Source: Azolla caroliniana (taxonomy: Eukaryota; Plantae; Polypodiophyta). From it: a stretch of DNA of 64,000 bases. The translations under genes were made by a program, and so were the position numbers. Under the pieces are notes generated by a model. The model did not search any database. It was not told the DNA's origin and saw only the letters and a program-made list of their open reading frames with translations. Location: positions 1 to 64,000 of the forward strand of contig JBHGNT010000059.1 of NCBI GenBank assembly GCA_043228905.1, written 5' to 3'. Each line of letters begins with the position of its first letter. Within the stretch, counting starts at the first letter, position 1. Below, piece by piece: positions 47,955 through 61,160 of this stretch.

Positions 47955-49033
47955 TTAAAAGTGGCGAATACAAGCGCGTGGGCGAAGATCACATTGTTGG
48001 AGAAGGCGAGAGGTTGCCACGCTTAGAAGTTGTTCCTCCTCACCGGCCTTGAAACGACGACGTTGTTCCTCATCTTGTCGTCCGGTCATGCGATAACGGC
48101 GCTCGTCCTCCTCGCGCTCGCTACTGTCTCTCTCTCGCTCGGCATCCTCTTCCCATTGACGACGTTCCCTTGACACTTGGCTATGGCGGTGACCATCATT
48201 GCGTGCCTCTTCTCCGCTAATGTATAAGGCCTCGCGGAGGAGCGGTTGCAACGCTCTTCTACGGGGATTTGTTCCACGTTCCTGCAGCATCTTTCGGAGG
48301 GCCTTGCATATCGGCTGATTTCATCCCAAGAGGTGCGACGGCTTCGTCCACGTTCTTCCTTCTCATTACGTTCTTGTAGGTGGCGGACCTGCCCATCGAC
48401 GAAGTTTTGGCACTCTTGCCTCAACTCTCGGTCTCGTGGCTCATCGCGATCGCGGCCGCGACGATCCCGTTCCTCTTCGGACTCTCTCTTGTTGTCTCTG
48501 CGACGTCCTTCATCGAGGGATCCTTCACGACGTCGGTCGCGCCTCTCCTGCTCGACATCCTCCTCCCTACGTCGATCGCGCCTCTCGTCGCGTGACTCAT
48601 CACGATCGCGACCGCGACGATCCCGTTCCTCTTCGGACTCTCTCTTGTTGTCTCCGTAGCGCCCCTCCTCGATGGACCCCTCGCGACGTCCCCCGCGCCT
48701 CTCCTCATCGAAATCCTCCTCCCTGCGTCGATCGCGCCTCTCCTCACGTGGCTCATCGCGATCGTGACTGCGACGATCCCGGTCCTCATCCGACCCTCTC
48801 TTGTTGTCTCTGTAGCGCCTCTCATCGATGGATCCCTCACGACGTCCGCTGTGCCTCTCCTCGTCGACATCCTCCTCCCTACGTCGATCGCGTCTCTCCT
48901 CGTCAATGTCTCCCTCTCTTCGTCGATCGCGCCTCTCCTCTTCGCGATCCCGTCCTACAGATCTAGCATTGGCCGCGCCGCAGGCGGCTAGCATGATAAC
49001 CGCCATGAGGAATATGATAGTGAGCTTCGCCAT
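47955..49033 (-). pseudogene. Copy 14, +2 frameshift with a secondary substitution, plus an R-to-H change in the repeat domain
   Basis: gaggagcggttg at ~48237-48248; ERHSG in the translation. Confidence 0.75.
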
Positions 49034-50156
49034 TGCTTGTGTTCGGAACTACCCCGGTTCTCTCTCCGCCTATTTGAGTGTGTCATGGTTGATCCACCCT
49101 TATATACACAAGGCCATGCATGTCTAGTACATGCATGTCCCTTCCCACGTCCATTCCTATAGACGTTAATGGCATGATCCATACTTGGGCCACGGAAGAG
49201 ACCATTCACTTTTCACCACCCCCCTTTACGTGTCCAGGATCCTCCTGCTTCGACCTACCATATCACTAGCCCTATACTCACCTCCATCACACCAGGAGTG
49301 GGATTATGCACTTGGGCATTTCAAATCTACTAACCTATGGACGCTTCGTCCATATTGCAACGTAGACAGTATGTAACCTCATGATAGCCACCTACACATG
49401 TGATGCCATTGAGGTTGTAGAGTGCGTATGGGCCTCGTAAAACGAGGATAAGGTGGTGAGAAAAGGTTTTTAGGGTGTTGGTTCTCTCCACGAAAACGTG
49501 CTCGGTGGTTGTGGCCACGAGGGAGTTTAGAATCCATTGCGACCAACATACGGACGACGACACGCGTTTTCATTGTGATTACAAGATCCGTCGTCGTTGT
49601 GGACGCTGCAACCACCGGAGGAATATGAAGGTGGCACCATTCAAGGACAACATTTCTAGGTGAAACATGCGTGGGTTGGTTGGTTCACACGATGATGAAA
49701 ATGGTAGATAGACATGGGAATGTCATGTGGAATCATGTTTGTAGTAGGAGTTACGATCAGCCACTACTATTGCGCACATCATGGTACGGCGAGACACGGC
49801 ATTGTATGAGGGTGGCTTCAATACAACATTGTGATGGCATCGACGTTTGACGAGTTTCGCGTTGCTCGTGAGAGAGATAGCGATAGATGGATAGCGATAG
49901 ATATAGGTAGGGTGGGAGTGGGTAGTGTGCGTGTGGGCACGTTACCTAATCATGTGTGCGTGGAGTTTCATTTTTCTTGTGCAATGAGCGAGCGAGGGCA
50001 CGCGACCTGATCGTGCGTGCGTGCGTGCGTGTTGTGCGCGAGCGTGGGAGAAATATGATTGAGAGGGTTATGAGAACGTCAAGACACCACACAGAGCACA
50101 CCATTTACATTTACGATGTTCAGAAAGTGTATAGTTGAAAAAGTTATGTACGTTCT

Positions 50157-51235
50157 TTAAAAGTGGCGAATACAAGCGCGTGGGCGAAGATCACATTGTT
50201 GGAGAAGGCGAGAGGTTGCCACGCTTAGAAGTTGTTCCTCCTCACCGGCCTTGAAACGACGACGTTGTTCCTCATCTTGTCGTCCGGTCATGCGATAACG
50301 GCGCTCGTCCTCCTCGCGCTCGCTACTGTCTCTCTCTCGCTCGGCATCCTCTTCCCATTGACGACGTTCCCTTGACACTTGGCTATGGCGGTGACCATCA
50401 TTGCGTGCCTCTTCTCCGCTAATGTATAAGGCCTCGCGGAGGCGCGGTTGCAACGCTCTTCTACGGGGATTTGTTCCACGTTCCTGCAGCATCTTTCGGA
50501 GGGCCTTGCATATCGGCTGATTTCATCCCAAGAGGTGCGACGGCTTCGTCCACGTTCTTCCTTCTCATTACGTTCTTGTAGGTGGCGGACCTGCCCATCG
50601 ACGAAGTTTTGGCACTCTTGCCTCAACTCTCGGTCTCGTGGCTCATCGCGATCGCGGCCGCGACGATCCCGTTCCTCTTCGGACTCTCTCTTGTTGTCTC
50701 TGCGACGTCCTTCATCGAGGGATCCTTCACGACGTCGGTCGCGCCTCTCCTGCTCGACATCCTCCTCCCTACGTCGATCGCGCCTCTCGTCGCGTGACTC
50801 ATCACGATCGCGACCGCGACGATCCCGTTCCTCTTCGGACTCTCTCTTGTTGTCTCCGTAGCGCCCCTCCTCGATGGACCCCTCGCGACGTCCCCCGCGC
50901 CTCTCCTCATCGAAATCCTCCTCCCTGCGTCGATCGCGCCTCTCCTCACGTGGCTCATCGCGATCGTGACTGCGACGATCCCGGTCCTCATCCGACCCTC
51001 TCTTGTTGTCTCTGTAGCGCCTCTCATCGATGGATCCCTCACGACGTCCGCTGCGCCTCTCCTTGTCGACATCCTCCTCCCTACGTCGATCGCGTCTCTC
51101 CTCGTCAATGTCTCCCTCTCTTCGTCGATCGCGCCTCTCCTCTTCGCGATCCCGTCCTACAGATCTAGCATTGGCCGCGCCGCAGGCGGCTAGCATGATA
51201 ACCGCCATGAGGAATATGATAGTGAGCTTCGCCAT
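50157..51235 (-). pseudogene. Copy 15, +2 frameshift plus an E-to-K change
   Basis: CG insertion at ~50443-50446; DVDKERR in the translation. Confidence 0.75.
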
Positions 51236-52358
51236 TGCTTGTGTTCGGAACTACCCCGGTTCTCTCTCCGCCTATTTGAGTGTGTCATGGTTGATCCACC
51301 CTTATATACACAAGGCCATGCATGTCTAGTACATGCATGTCCCTTCCCACGTCCATTCCTATAGACGTTAATGGCATGATCCATACTTGGGCCACGGAAG
51401 AGACCATTCACTTTTCACCACCCCCCTTTACGTGTCCAGGATCCTCCTGCTTCGACCTACCATATCACTAGCCCTATACTCACCTCCATCACACCAGGAG
51501 TGGGATTATGCACTTGGGCATTTCAAATCTACTAACCTATGGACGCTTCGTCCATATTGCAACGTAGACAGTATGTAACCTCATGATAGCCACCTACACA
51601 TGTGATGCCATTGAGGTTGTAGAGTGCGTATGGGCCTCGTAAAACGAGGATAAGGTGGTGAGAAAAGGTTTTTAGGGTGTTGGTTCTCTCCACGAAAACG
51701 TGCTCGGTGGTTGTGGCCACGAGGGAGTTTAGAATCCATTGCGACCAACATACGGACGACGACACGCGTTTTCATTGTGATTACAAGATCCGTCGTCGTT
51801 GTGGACGCTGCAACCACCGGAGGAATATGAAGGTGGCACCATTCAAGGACAACATTTCTAGGTGAAACATGCGTGGGTTGGTTGGTTCACACGATGATGA
51901 AAATGGTAGATAGACATGGGAATGTCATGTGGAATCATGTTTGTAGTAGGAGTTACGATCAGCCACTACTATTGCGCACATCATGGTACGGCGAGACACG
52001 GCATTGTAGGAGGGTGGCTTCAATACAACATTGTGATGGCATCGACGTTTGACGAGTTTCGCGTTGCTCGTGAGAGAGATAGCGATAGATGGATAGCGAT
52101 AGATATAGGTAGGGTGGGAGTGGGTAGTGTGCGTGTGGGCACGTTACCTAATCATGCGTGCGTGGAGTTTCATTTTGCTTGTGCAATGAGCGAGCGAGGG
52201 CACGCGACCTGATCGTGCGTGCGTGCGTGCGTGTTGTGCGCGAGCGTGGGAGAAATATGATTGAGAGGGTTATGAGAACGTCAAGACACCACACAGAGCA
52301 CACCATTTACATTTACGATGTTCAGAAAGTGTATAGTTGAAAAAGTTATGTACGTTCT

Positions 52359-53435
52359 TTAAAAGTGGCGAATACAAGCGCGTGGGCGAAGATCACATTG
52401 TTGGAGAAGGCGAGAGGTTGCCACGCTTAGAAGTTGTTCCTCCTCACCGGCCTTGAAACGACGACGTTGTTCCTCATCTTGTCGTCCGGTCATGCGATAA
52501 CGGCGCTCGTCCTCCTCGCGCTCGCTACTGTCTCTCTCTCGCTCGGCATCCTCTTCCCATTGACGACGTTCCCTTGACACTTGGCTATGGCGGTGACCAT
52601 CATTGCGTGCCTCTTCTCCGCTAATGTATAAGGCCTCGCGGAGGCGGTTGCAACGCTCTTCTACGGGGATTTGTTCCACGTTCCTGCAGCATCTTTCGGA
52701 GGGCCTTGCATATCGGCTGATTTCATCGCAAGAGGTGCGACGGCTTCGTCCACGTTCTTCCTTCTCATTACGTTCTTGTAGGTGGCGGACCTGCCCATCG
52801 ACGAAGTTTTGGCACTCTTGCCTCAACTCTCGGTCTCGTGGCTCATCGCGATCGCGGCCGCGACGATCCCGTTCCTCTTCGGACTCTCTCTTGTTGTCTC
52901 TGCGACGTCCTTCATCGAGGGATCCTTCACGACGTCGGTCGCGCCTCTCCTGCTCGACATCCTCCTCCCTACGTCGATCGCGCCTCTCGTCGCGTGACTC
53001 ATCACGATCGCGACCGCGACGATCCCGTTCCTCTTCGGACTCTCTCTTGTTGTCTCCGTAGCGCCCCTCCTCGATGGACCCCTCGCGACGTCCCCCGCGC
53101 CTCTCCTCATCGAAATCCTCCTCCCTGCGTCGATCGCGCCTCTCCTCACGTGGCTCATCGCGATCGTGACTGCGACGATCCCGGTCCTCATCCGACCCTC
53201 TCTTGTTGTCTCTGTAGCGCCTCTCATCGATGGATCCCTCACGACGTCCGCTGCGCCTCTCCTCGTCGACATCCTCCTCCCTACGTCGATCGCGTCTCTC
53301 CTCGTCAATGTCTCCCTCTCTTCGTCGATCGCGCCTCTCCTCTTCGCGATCCCGTCCTACAGATCTAGCATTGGCCGCGCCGCAGGCGGCTAGCATGATA
53401 ACCGCCATGAGGAATATGATAGTGAGCTTCGCCAT
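52359..53435 (-). CDS. 2S-albumin-like protein, copy 16 (358 aa, W236C)
   Basis: C>G at 52728. Confidence 0.8.
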   Translation of the reverse strand: MAKLTIIFLMAVIMLAACGAANARSVGRDREEERRDRRREGDIDEERRDRRREEDVDEERRSGRREGSIDERRYRDNKRGSDEDRDRRSHDRDEPREERRDRRREEDFDEERRGGRREGSIEEGRYGDNKRESEEERDRRGRDRDESRDERRDRRREEDVEQERRDRRREGSLDEGRRRDNKRESEEERDRRGRDRDEPRDRELRQECQNFVDGQVRHLQERNEKEERGRSRRTSCDEISRYARPSERCCRNVEQIPVEERCNRLREALYISGEEARNDGHRHSQVSRERRQWEEDAERERDSSEREEDERRYRMTGRQDEEQRRRFKAGEEEQLLSVATSRLLQQCDLRPRACIRHF

Positions 53436-54558
53436 TGCTTGTGTTCGGAACTACCCCGGTTCTCTCTCCGCCTATTTGAGTGTGTCATGGTTGATCCACC
53501 CTTATATACACAAGGCCATGCATGTCTAGTACATGCATGTCCCTTCCCACGTCCATTCCTATAGACGTTAATGGCATGATCCATACTTGGGCCACGGAAG
53601 AGACCATTCACTTTTCACCACCCCCCTTTACGTGTCCAGGATCCTCCTGCTTCGACCTACCATATCACTAGCCCTATACTCACCTCCATCACACCAGGAG
53701 TGGGATTATGCACTTGGGCATTTCAAATCTACTAACCTATGGACGCTTCGTCCATATTGCAACGTAGACAGTATGTAACCTCATGATAGCCACCTACACA
53801 TGTGATGCCATTGAGGTTGTAGAGTGCGTATGGGCCTCGTAAAACGAGGATAAGGTGGTGAGAAAAGGTTTTTAGGGTGTTGGTTCTCTCCACGAAAACG
53901 TGCTCGGTGGTTGTGGCCACGAGGGAGTTTAGAATCCATTGCGACCAACATACGGACGACGACACGCGTTTTCATTGTGATTACAAGATCCGTCGTCGTT
54001 GTGGACGCTGCAACCACCGGAGGAATATGAAGGTGGCACCATTCAAGGACAACATTTCTAGGTGAAACATGCGTGGGTTGGTTGGTTCACACGATGATGA
54101 AAATGGTAGATAGACATGGGAATGTCATGTGGAATCATGTTTGTAGTAGGAGTTACGATCAGCCACTACTATTGCGCACATCATGGTACGGCGAGACACG
54201 GCATTGTAGGAGGGTGGCTTCAATACAACATTGTGATGGCATCGACGTTTGACGAGTTTCGCGTTGCTCGTGAGAGAGATAGCGATAGATGGATAGCGAT
54301 AGATATAGGTAGGGTGGGAGTGGGTAGTGTGCGTGTGGGCACGTTACCTAATCATGCGTGCGTGGAGTTTCATTTTGCTTGTGCAATGAGCGAGCGAGGG
54401 CACGCGACCTGATCGTGCGTGCGTGCGTGCGTGTTGTGCGCGAGCGTGGGAGAAATATGATTGAGAGGGTTATGAGAACGTCAAGACACCACACAGAGCA
54501 CACCATTTACATTTACGATGTTCAGAAAGTGTATAGTTGAAAAAGTTATGTACGTTCT

Positions 54559-55637
54559 TTAAAAGTGGCGAATACAAGCGCGTGGGCGAAGATCACATTG
54601 TTGGAGAAGGCGAGAGGTTGCCACGCTTAGAAGTTGTTCCTCCTCACCGGCCTTGAAACGACGACGTTGTTCCTCATCTTGTCGTCCGGTCATGCGATAA
54701 CGGCGCTCGTCCTCCTCGCGCTCGCTACTGTCTCTCTCTCGCTCGGCATCCTCTTCCCATTGACGACGTTCCCTTGACACTTGGCTATGGCGGTGACCAT
54801 CATTGCGTGCCTCTTCTCCGCTAATGTATAAGGCCTCGCGGAGGCGCGGTTGCAACGCTCTTCTACGGGGATTTGTTCCACGTTCCTGCAGCATCTTTCG
54901 GAGGGCCTTGCATATCGGCTGATTTCATCCCAAGAGGTGCGACGGCTTCGTCCACGTTCTTCCTTCTCATTACGTTCTTGTAGGTGGCGGACCTGCCCAT
55001 CGACGAAGTTTTGGCACTCTTGCCTCAACTCTCGGTCTCGTGGCTCATCGCGATCGCGGCCGCGACGATCCCGTTCCTCTTCGGACTCTCTCTTGTTGTC
55101 TCTGCGACGTCCTTCATCGAGGGATCCTTCACGACGTCGGTCGCGCCTCTCCTGCTCGACATCCTCCTCCCTACGTCGATCGCGCCTCTCGTCGCGTGAC
55201 TCATCACGATCGCGACCGCGACGATCCCGTTCCTCTTCGGACTCTCTCTTGTTGTCTCCGTAGCGCCCCTCCTCGATGGACCCCTCGCGACGTCCCCCGC
55301 GCCTCTCCTCATCGAAATCCTCCTCCCTGCGTCGATCGCGCCTCTCCTCACGTGGCTCATCGCGATCGTGACTGCGACGATCCCGGTCCTCATCCGACCC
55401 TCTCTTGTTGTCTCTGTAGCGCCTCTCATCGATGGATCCCTCACGACGTCCGCTGCGCCTCTCCTTGTCGACATCCTCCTCCCTACGTCGATCGCGTCTC
55501 TCCTCGTCAATGTCTCCCTCTCTTCGTCGATCGCGCCTCTCCTCTTCGCGATCCCGTCCTACAGATCTAGCATTGGCCGCGCCGCAGGCGGCTAGCATGA
55601 TAACCGCCATGAGGAATATGATAGTGAGCTTCGCCAT
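54559..55637 (-). pseudogene. Copy 17, +2 frameshift plus an E-to-K change
   Basis: Same two coding variants as copy 15. Confidence 0.75.
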
Positions 55638-56760
55638 TGCTTGTGTTCGGAACTACCCCGGTTCTCTCTCCGCCTATTTGAGTGTGTCATGGTTGATCCA
55701 CCCTTATATACACAAGGCCATGCATGTCTAGTACATGCATGTCCCTTCCCACGTCCATTCCTATAGACGTTAATGGCATGATCCATACTTGGGCCACGGA
55801 AGAGACCATTCACTTTTCACCACCCCCCTTTACGTGTCCAGGATCCTCCTGCTTCGACCTACCATATCACTAGCCCTATACTCACCTCCATCACACCAGG
55901 AGTGGGATTATGCACTTGGGCATTTCAAATCTACTAACCTATGGACGCTTCGTCCATATTGCAACGTAGACAGTATGTAACCTCATGATAGCCACCTACA
56001 CATGTGATGCCATTGAGGTTGTAGAGTGCGTATGGGCCTCGTAAAACGAGGATAAGGTGGTGAGAAAAGGTTTTTAGGGTGTTGGTTCTCTCCACGAAAA
56101 CGTGCTCGGTGGTTGTGGCCACGAGGGAGTTTAGAATCCATTGCGACCAACATACGGACGACGACACGCGTTTTCATTGTGATTACAAGATCCGTCGTCG
56201 TTGTGGACGCTGCAACCACCGGAGGAATATGAAGGTGGCACCATTCAAGGACAACATTTCTAGGTGAAACATGCGTGGGTTGGTTGGTTCACACGATGAT
56301 GAAAATGGTAGATAGACATGGGAATGTCATGTGGAATCATGTTTGTAGTAGGAGTTACGATCAGCCACTACTATTGCGCACATCATGGTACGGCGAGACA
56401 CGGCATTGTAGGAGGGTGGCTTCAATACAACATTGTGATGGCATCGACGTTTGACGAGTTTCGCGTTGCTCGTGAGAGAGATAGCGATAGATGGATAGCG
56501 ATAGATATAGGTAGGGTGGGAGTGGGTAGTGTGCGTGTGGGCACGTTACCTAATCATGCGTGCGTGGAGTTTCATTTTGCTTGTGCAATGAGCGAGCGAG
56601 GGCACGCGACCTGATCGTGCGTGCGTGCGTGCGTGTTGTGCGCGAGCGTGGGAGAAATATGATTGAGAGGGTTATGAGAACGTCGAGACACCACACAGAG
56701 CACACCATTTACATTTACGATGTTCAGAAAGTGTATAGTTGAAAAAGTTATGTACGTTCT

Positions 56761-57837
56761 TTAAAAGTGGCGAATACAAGCGCGTGGGCGAAGATCACAT
56801 TGTTGGAGAAGGCGAGAGGTTGCCACGCTTAGAAGTTGTTCCTCCTCACCGGCCTTGAAACGACGACGTTGTTCCTCATCTTGTCGTCCGGTCATGCGAT
56901 AACGGCGCTCGTCCTCCTCGCGCTCGCTACTGTCTCTCTCTCGCTCGGCATCCTCTTCCCATTGACGACGTTCCCTTGACACTTGGCTATGGCGGTGACC
57001 ATCATTGCGTGCCTCTTCTCCGCTAATGTATAAGGCCTCGCGGAGGCGGTTGCAACGCTCTTCTACGGGGATTTGTTCCACGTTCCTGCAGCATCTTTCG
57101 GAGGGCCTTGCATATCGGCTGATTTCATCGCAAGAGGTGCGACGGCTTCGTCCACGTTCTTCCTTCTCATTACGTTCTTGTAGGTGGCGGACCTGCCCAT
57201 CGACGAAGTTTTGGCACTCTTGCCTCAACTCTCGGTCTCGTGGCTCATCGCGATCGCGGCCGCGACGATCCCGTTCCTCTTCGGACTCTCTCTTGTTGTC
57301 TCTGCGACGTCCTTCATCGAGGGATCCTTCACGACGTCGGTCGCGCCTCTCCTGCTCGACATCCTCCTCCCTACGTCGATCGCGCCTCTCGTCGCGTGAC
57401 TCATCACGATCGCGACCGCGACGATCCCGTTCCTCTTCGGACTCTCTCTTGTTGTCTCCGTAGCGCCCCTCCTCGATGGACCCCTCGCGACGTCCCCCGC
57501 GCCTCTCCTCATCGAAATCCTCCTCCCTGCGTCGATCGCGCCTCTCCTCACGTGGCTCATCGCGATCGTGACTGCGACGATCCCGGTCCTCATCCGACCC
57601 TCTCTTGTTGTCTCTGTAGCGCCTCTCATCGATGGATCCCTCACGACGTCCGCTGCGCCTCTCCTCGTCGACATCCTCCTCCCTACGTCGATCGCGTCTC
57701 TCCTCGTCAATGTCTCCCTCTCTTCGTCGATCGCGCCTCTCCTCTTCGCGATCCCGTCCTACAGATCTAGCATTGGCCGCGCCGCAGGCGGCTAGCATGA
57801 TAACCGCCATGAGGAATATGATAGTGAGCTTCGCCAT
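56761..57837 (-). CDS. 2S-albumin-like protein, copy 18 (358 aa, W236C)
   Basis: C>G at 57130. Confidence 0.8.
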   Translation of the reverse strand: MAKLTIIFLMAVIMLAACGAANARSVGRDREEERRDRRREGDIDEERRDRRREEDVDEERRSGRREGSIDERRYRDNKRGSDEDRDRRSHDRDEPREERRDRRREEDFDEERRGGRREGSIEEGRYGDNKRESEEERDRRGRDRDESRDERRDRRREEDVEQERRDRRREGSLDEGRRRDNKRESEEERDRRGRDRDEPRDRELRQECQNFVDGQVRHLQERNEKEERGRSRRTSCDEISRYARPSERCCRNVEQIPVEERCNRLREALYISGEEARNDGHRHSQVSRERRQWEEDAERERDSSEREEDERRYRMTGRQDEEQRRRFKAGEEEQLLSVATSRLLQQCDLRPRACIRHF

Positions 57838-58960
57838 TGCTTGTGTTCGGAACTACCCCGGTTCTCTCTCCGCCTATTTGAGTGTGTCATGGTTGATCCA
57901 CCCTTATATACACAAGGCCATGCATGTCTAGTACATGCATGTCCCTTCCCACGTCCATTCCTATAGACGTTAATGGCATGATCCATACTTGGGCCACGGA
58001 AGAGACCATTCACTTTTCACCACCCCCCTTTACGTGTCCAGGATCCTCCTGCTTCGACCTACCATATCACTAGCCCTATACTCACCTCCATCACACCAGG
58101 AGTGGGATTATGCACTTGGGCATTTCAAATCTACTAACCTATGGACGCTTCGTCCATATTGCAACGTAGACAGTATGTAACCTCATGATAGCCACCTACA
58201 CATGTGATGCCATTGAGGTTGTAGAGTGCGTATGGGCCTCGTAAAACGAGGATAAGGTGGTGAGAAAAGGTTTTTAGGGTGTTGGTTCTCTCCACGAAAA
58301 CGTGCTCGGTGGTTGTGGCCACGAGGGAGTTTAGAATCCATTGCGACCAACATACGGACGACGACACGCGTTTTCATTGTGATTACAAGATCCGTCGTCG
58401 TTGTGGACGCTGCAACCACCGGAGGAATATGAAGGTGGCACCATTCAAGGACAACATTTCTAGGTGAAACATGCGTGGGTTGGTTGGTTCACACGATGAT
58501 GAAAATGGTAGATAGACATGGGAATGTCATGTGGAATCATGTTTGTAGTAGGAGTTACGATCAGCCACTACTATTGCGCACATCATGGTACGGCGAGACA
58601 CGGCATTGTACGAGGGTGGCTTCAATACAACATTGTGATGGCATCGACGTTTGACGAGTTTCGCGTTGCTCGCGAGAGAGATAGCGATAGATGGATAGCG
58701 ATAGATATAGGTAGGGTGGGAGTGGGTAGTGTGCGTGTGGGCACGTTACCTAATCATGCGTGCGTGGAGTTTCATTTTGCTTGTGCAATGAGCGAGCGAG
58801 GGCACGCGACCTGATCGTGCGTGCGTGCGTGCGTGTTGTGCGCGAGCGTGGGAGAAATATGATTGAGAGGGTTATGAGAACGTCAAGACACCACACAGAG
58901 CACACCATTTACATTTACGATGTTCAGAAAGTGTATAGTTGAAAAAGTTATGTACGTTCT

Positions 58961-60037
58961 TTAAAAGTGGCGAATACAAGCGCGTGGGCGAAGATCACAT
59001 TGTTGGAGAAGGCGAGAGGTTGCCACGCTTAGAAGTTGTTCCTCCTCACCGGCCTTGAAACGACGACGTTGTTCCTCATCTTGTCGTCCGGTCATGCGAT
59101 AACGGCGCTCGTCCTCCTCGCGCTCGCTACTGTCTCTCTCTCGCTCGGCATCCTCTTCCCATTGACGACGTTCCCTTGACACTTGGCTATGGCGGTGACC
59201 ATCATTGCGTGCCTCTTCTCCGCTAATGTATAAGGCCTCGCGGAGGCGGTTGCAACGCTCTTCTACGGGGATTTGTTCCACGTTCCTGCAGCATCTTTCG
59301 GAGGGCCTTGCATATCGGCTGATTTCATCCCAAGAGGTGCGACGGCTTCGTCCACGTTCTTCCTTCTCATTACGTTCTTGTAGGTGGCGGACCTGCCCAT
59401 CGACGAAGTTTTGGCACTCTTGCCTCAACTCTCGGTCTCGTGGCTCATCGCGATCGCGGCCGCGACGATCCCGTTCCTCTTCGGACTCTCTCTTGTTGTC
59501 TCTGCGACGTCCTTCATCGAGGGATCCTTCACGACGTCGGTCGCGCCTCTCCTGCTCGACATCCTCCTCCCTACGTCGATCGCGCCTCTCGTCGCGTGAC
59601 TCATCACGATCGCGACCGCGACGATCCCGTTCCTCTTCGGACTCTCTCTTGTTGTCTCCGTAGCGCCCCTCCTCGATGGACCCCTCGCGACGTCCCCCGC
59701 GCCTCTCCTCATCGAAATCCTCCTCCCTGCGTCGATCGCGCCTCTCCTCACGTGGCTCATCGCGATCGTGACTGCGACGATCCCGGTCCTCATCCGACCC
59801 TCTCTTGTTGTCTCTGTAGCGCCTCTCATCGATGGATCCCTCACGACGTCCGCTGCGCCTCTCCTCGTCGACATCCTCCTCCCTACGTCGATCGCGTCTC
59901 TCCTCGTCAATGTCTCCCTCTCTTCGTCGATCGCGCCTCTCCTCTTCGCGATCCCGTCCTACAGATCTAGCATTGGCCGCGCCGCAGGCGGCTAGCATGA
60001 TAACCGCCATGAGGAATATGATAGTGAGCTTCGCCAT
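58961..60037 (-). CDS. 2S-albumin-like R/E/D-rich protein, copy 19 (358 aa)
   Basis: Same translation as copy 1. Confidence 0.8.
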   Translation of the reverse strand: MAKLTIIFLMAVIMLAACGAANARSVGRDREEERRDRRREGDIDEERRDRRREEDVDEERRSGRREGSIDERRYRDNKRGSDEDRDRRSHDRDEPREERRDRRREEDFDEERRGGRREGSIEEGRYGDNKRESEEERDRRGRDRDESRDERRDRRREEDVEQERRDRRREGSLDEGRRRDNKRESEEERDRRGRDRDEPRDRELRQECQNFVDGQVRHLQERNEKEERGRSRRTSWDEISRYARPSERCCRNVEQIPVEERCNRLREALYISGEEARNDGHRHSQVSRERRQWEEDAERERDSSEREEDERRYRMTGRQDEEQRRRFKAGEEEQLLSVATSRLLQQCDLRPRACIRHF

Positions 60038-61160
60038 TGCTTGTGTTCGGAACTACCCCGGTTCTCTCTCCGCCTATTTGAGTGTGTCATGGTTGATCCA
60101 CCCTTATATACACAAGGCCATGCATGTCTAGTACATGCATGTCCCTTCCCACGTCCATTCCTATAGACGTTAATGGCATGATCCATACTTGGGCCACGGA
60201 AGAGACCATTCACTTTTCACCACCCCCCTTTACGTGTCCAGGATCCTCCTGCTTCGACCTACCATATCACTAGCCCTATACTCACCTCCATCACACCAGG
60301 AGTGGGATTATGCACTTGGGCATTTCAAATCTACTAACCTATGGACGCTTCGTCCATATTGCAACGTAGACAGTATGTAACCTCATGATAGCCACCTACA
60401 CATGTGATGCCATTGAGGTTGTAGAGTGCGTATGGGCCTCGTAAAACGAGGATAAGGTGGTGAGAAAAGGTTTTTAGGGTGTTGGTTCTCTCCACGAAAA
60501 CGTGCTCGGTGGTTGTGGCCACGAGGGAGTTTAGAATCCATTGCGACCAACATACGGACGACGACACGCGTTTTCATTGTGATTACAAGATCCGTCGTCG
60601 TTGTGGACGCTGCAACCACCGGAGGAATATGAAGGTGGCACCATTCAAGGACAACATTTCTAGGTGAAACATGCGTGGGTTGGTTGGTTCACACGATGAT
60701 GAAAATGGTAGATAGACATGGGAATGTCATGTGGAATCATGTTTGTAGTAGGAGTTACGATCAGCCACTACTATTGCGCACATCATGGTACGGCGAGACA
60801 CGGCATTGTACGAGGGTGGCTTCAATACAACATTGTGATGGCATCGACGTTTGACGAGTTTCGCGTTGCTCGCGAGAGAGATAGCGATAGATGGATAGCG
60901 ATAGATATAGGTAGGGTGGGAGTGGGTAGTGTGCGTGTGGGCACGTTACCTAATCATGCGTGCGTGGAGTTTCATTTTGCTTGTGCAATGAGCGAGCGAG
61001 GGCACGCGACCTGATCGTGCGTGCGTGCGTGCGTGTTGTGCGCGAGCGTGGGAGAAATATGATTGAGAGGGTTATGAGAACGTCGAGACACCACACAGAG
61101 CACACCATTTACATTTACGATGTTCAGAAAGTGTATAGTTGAAAAAGTTATGTACGTTCT

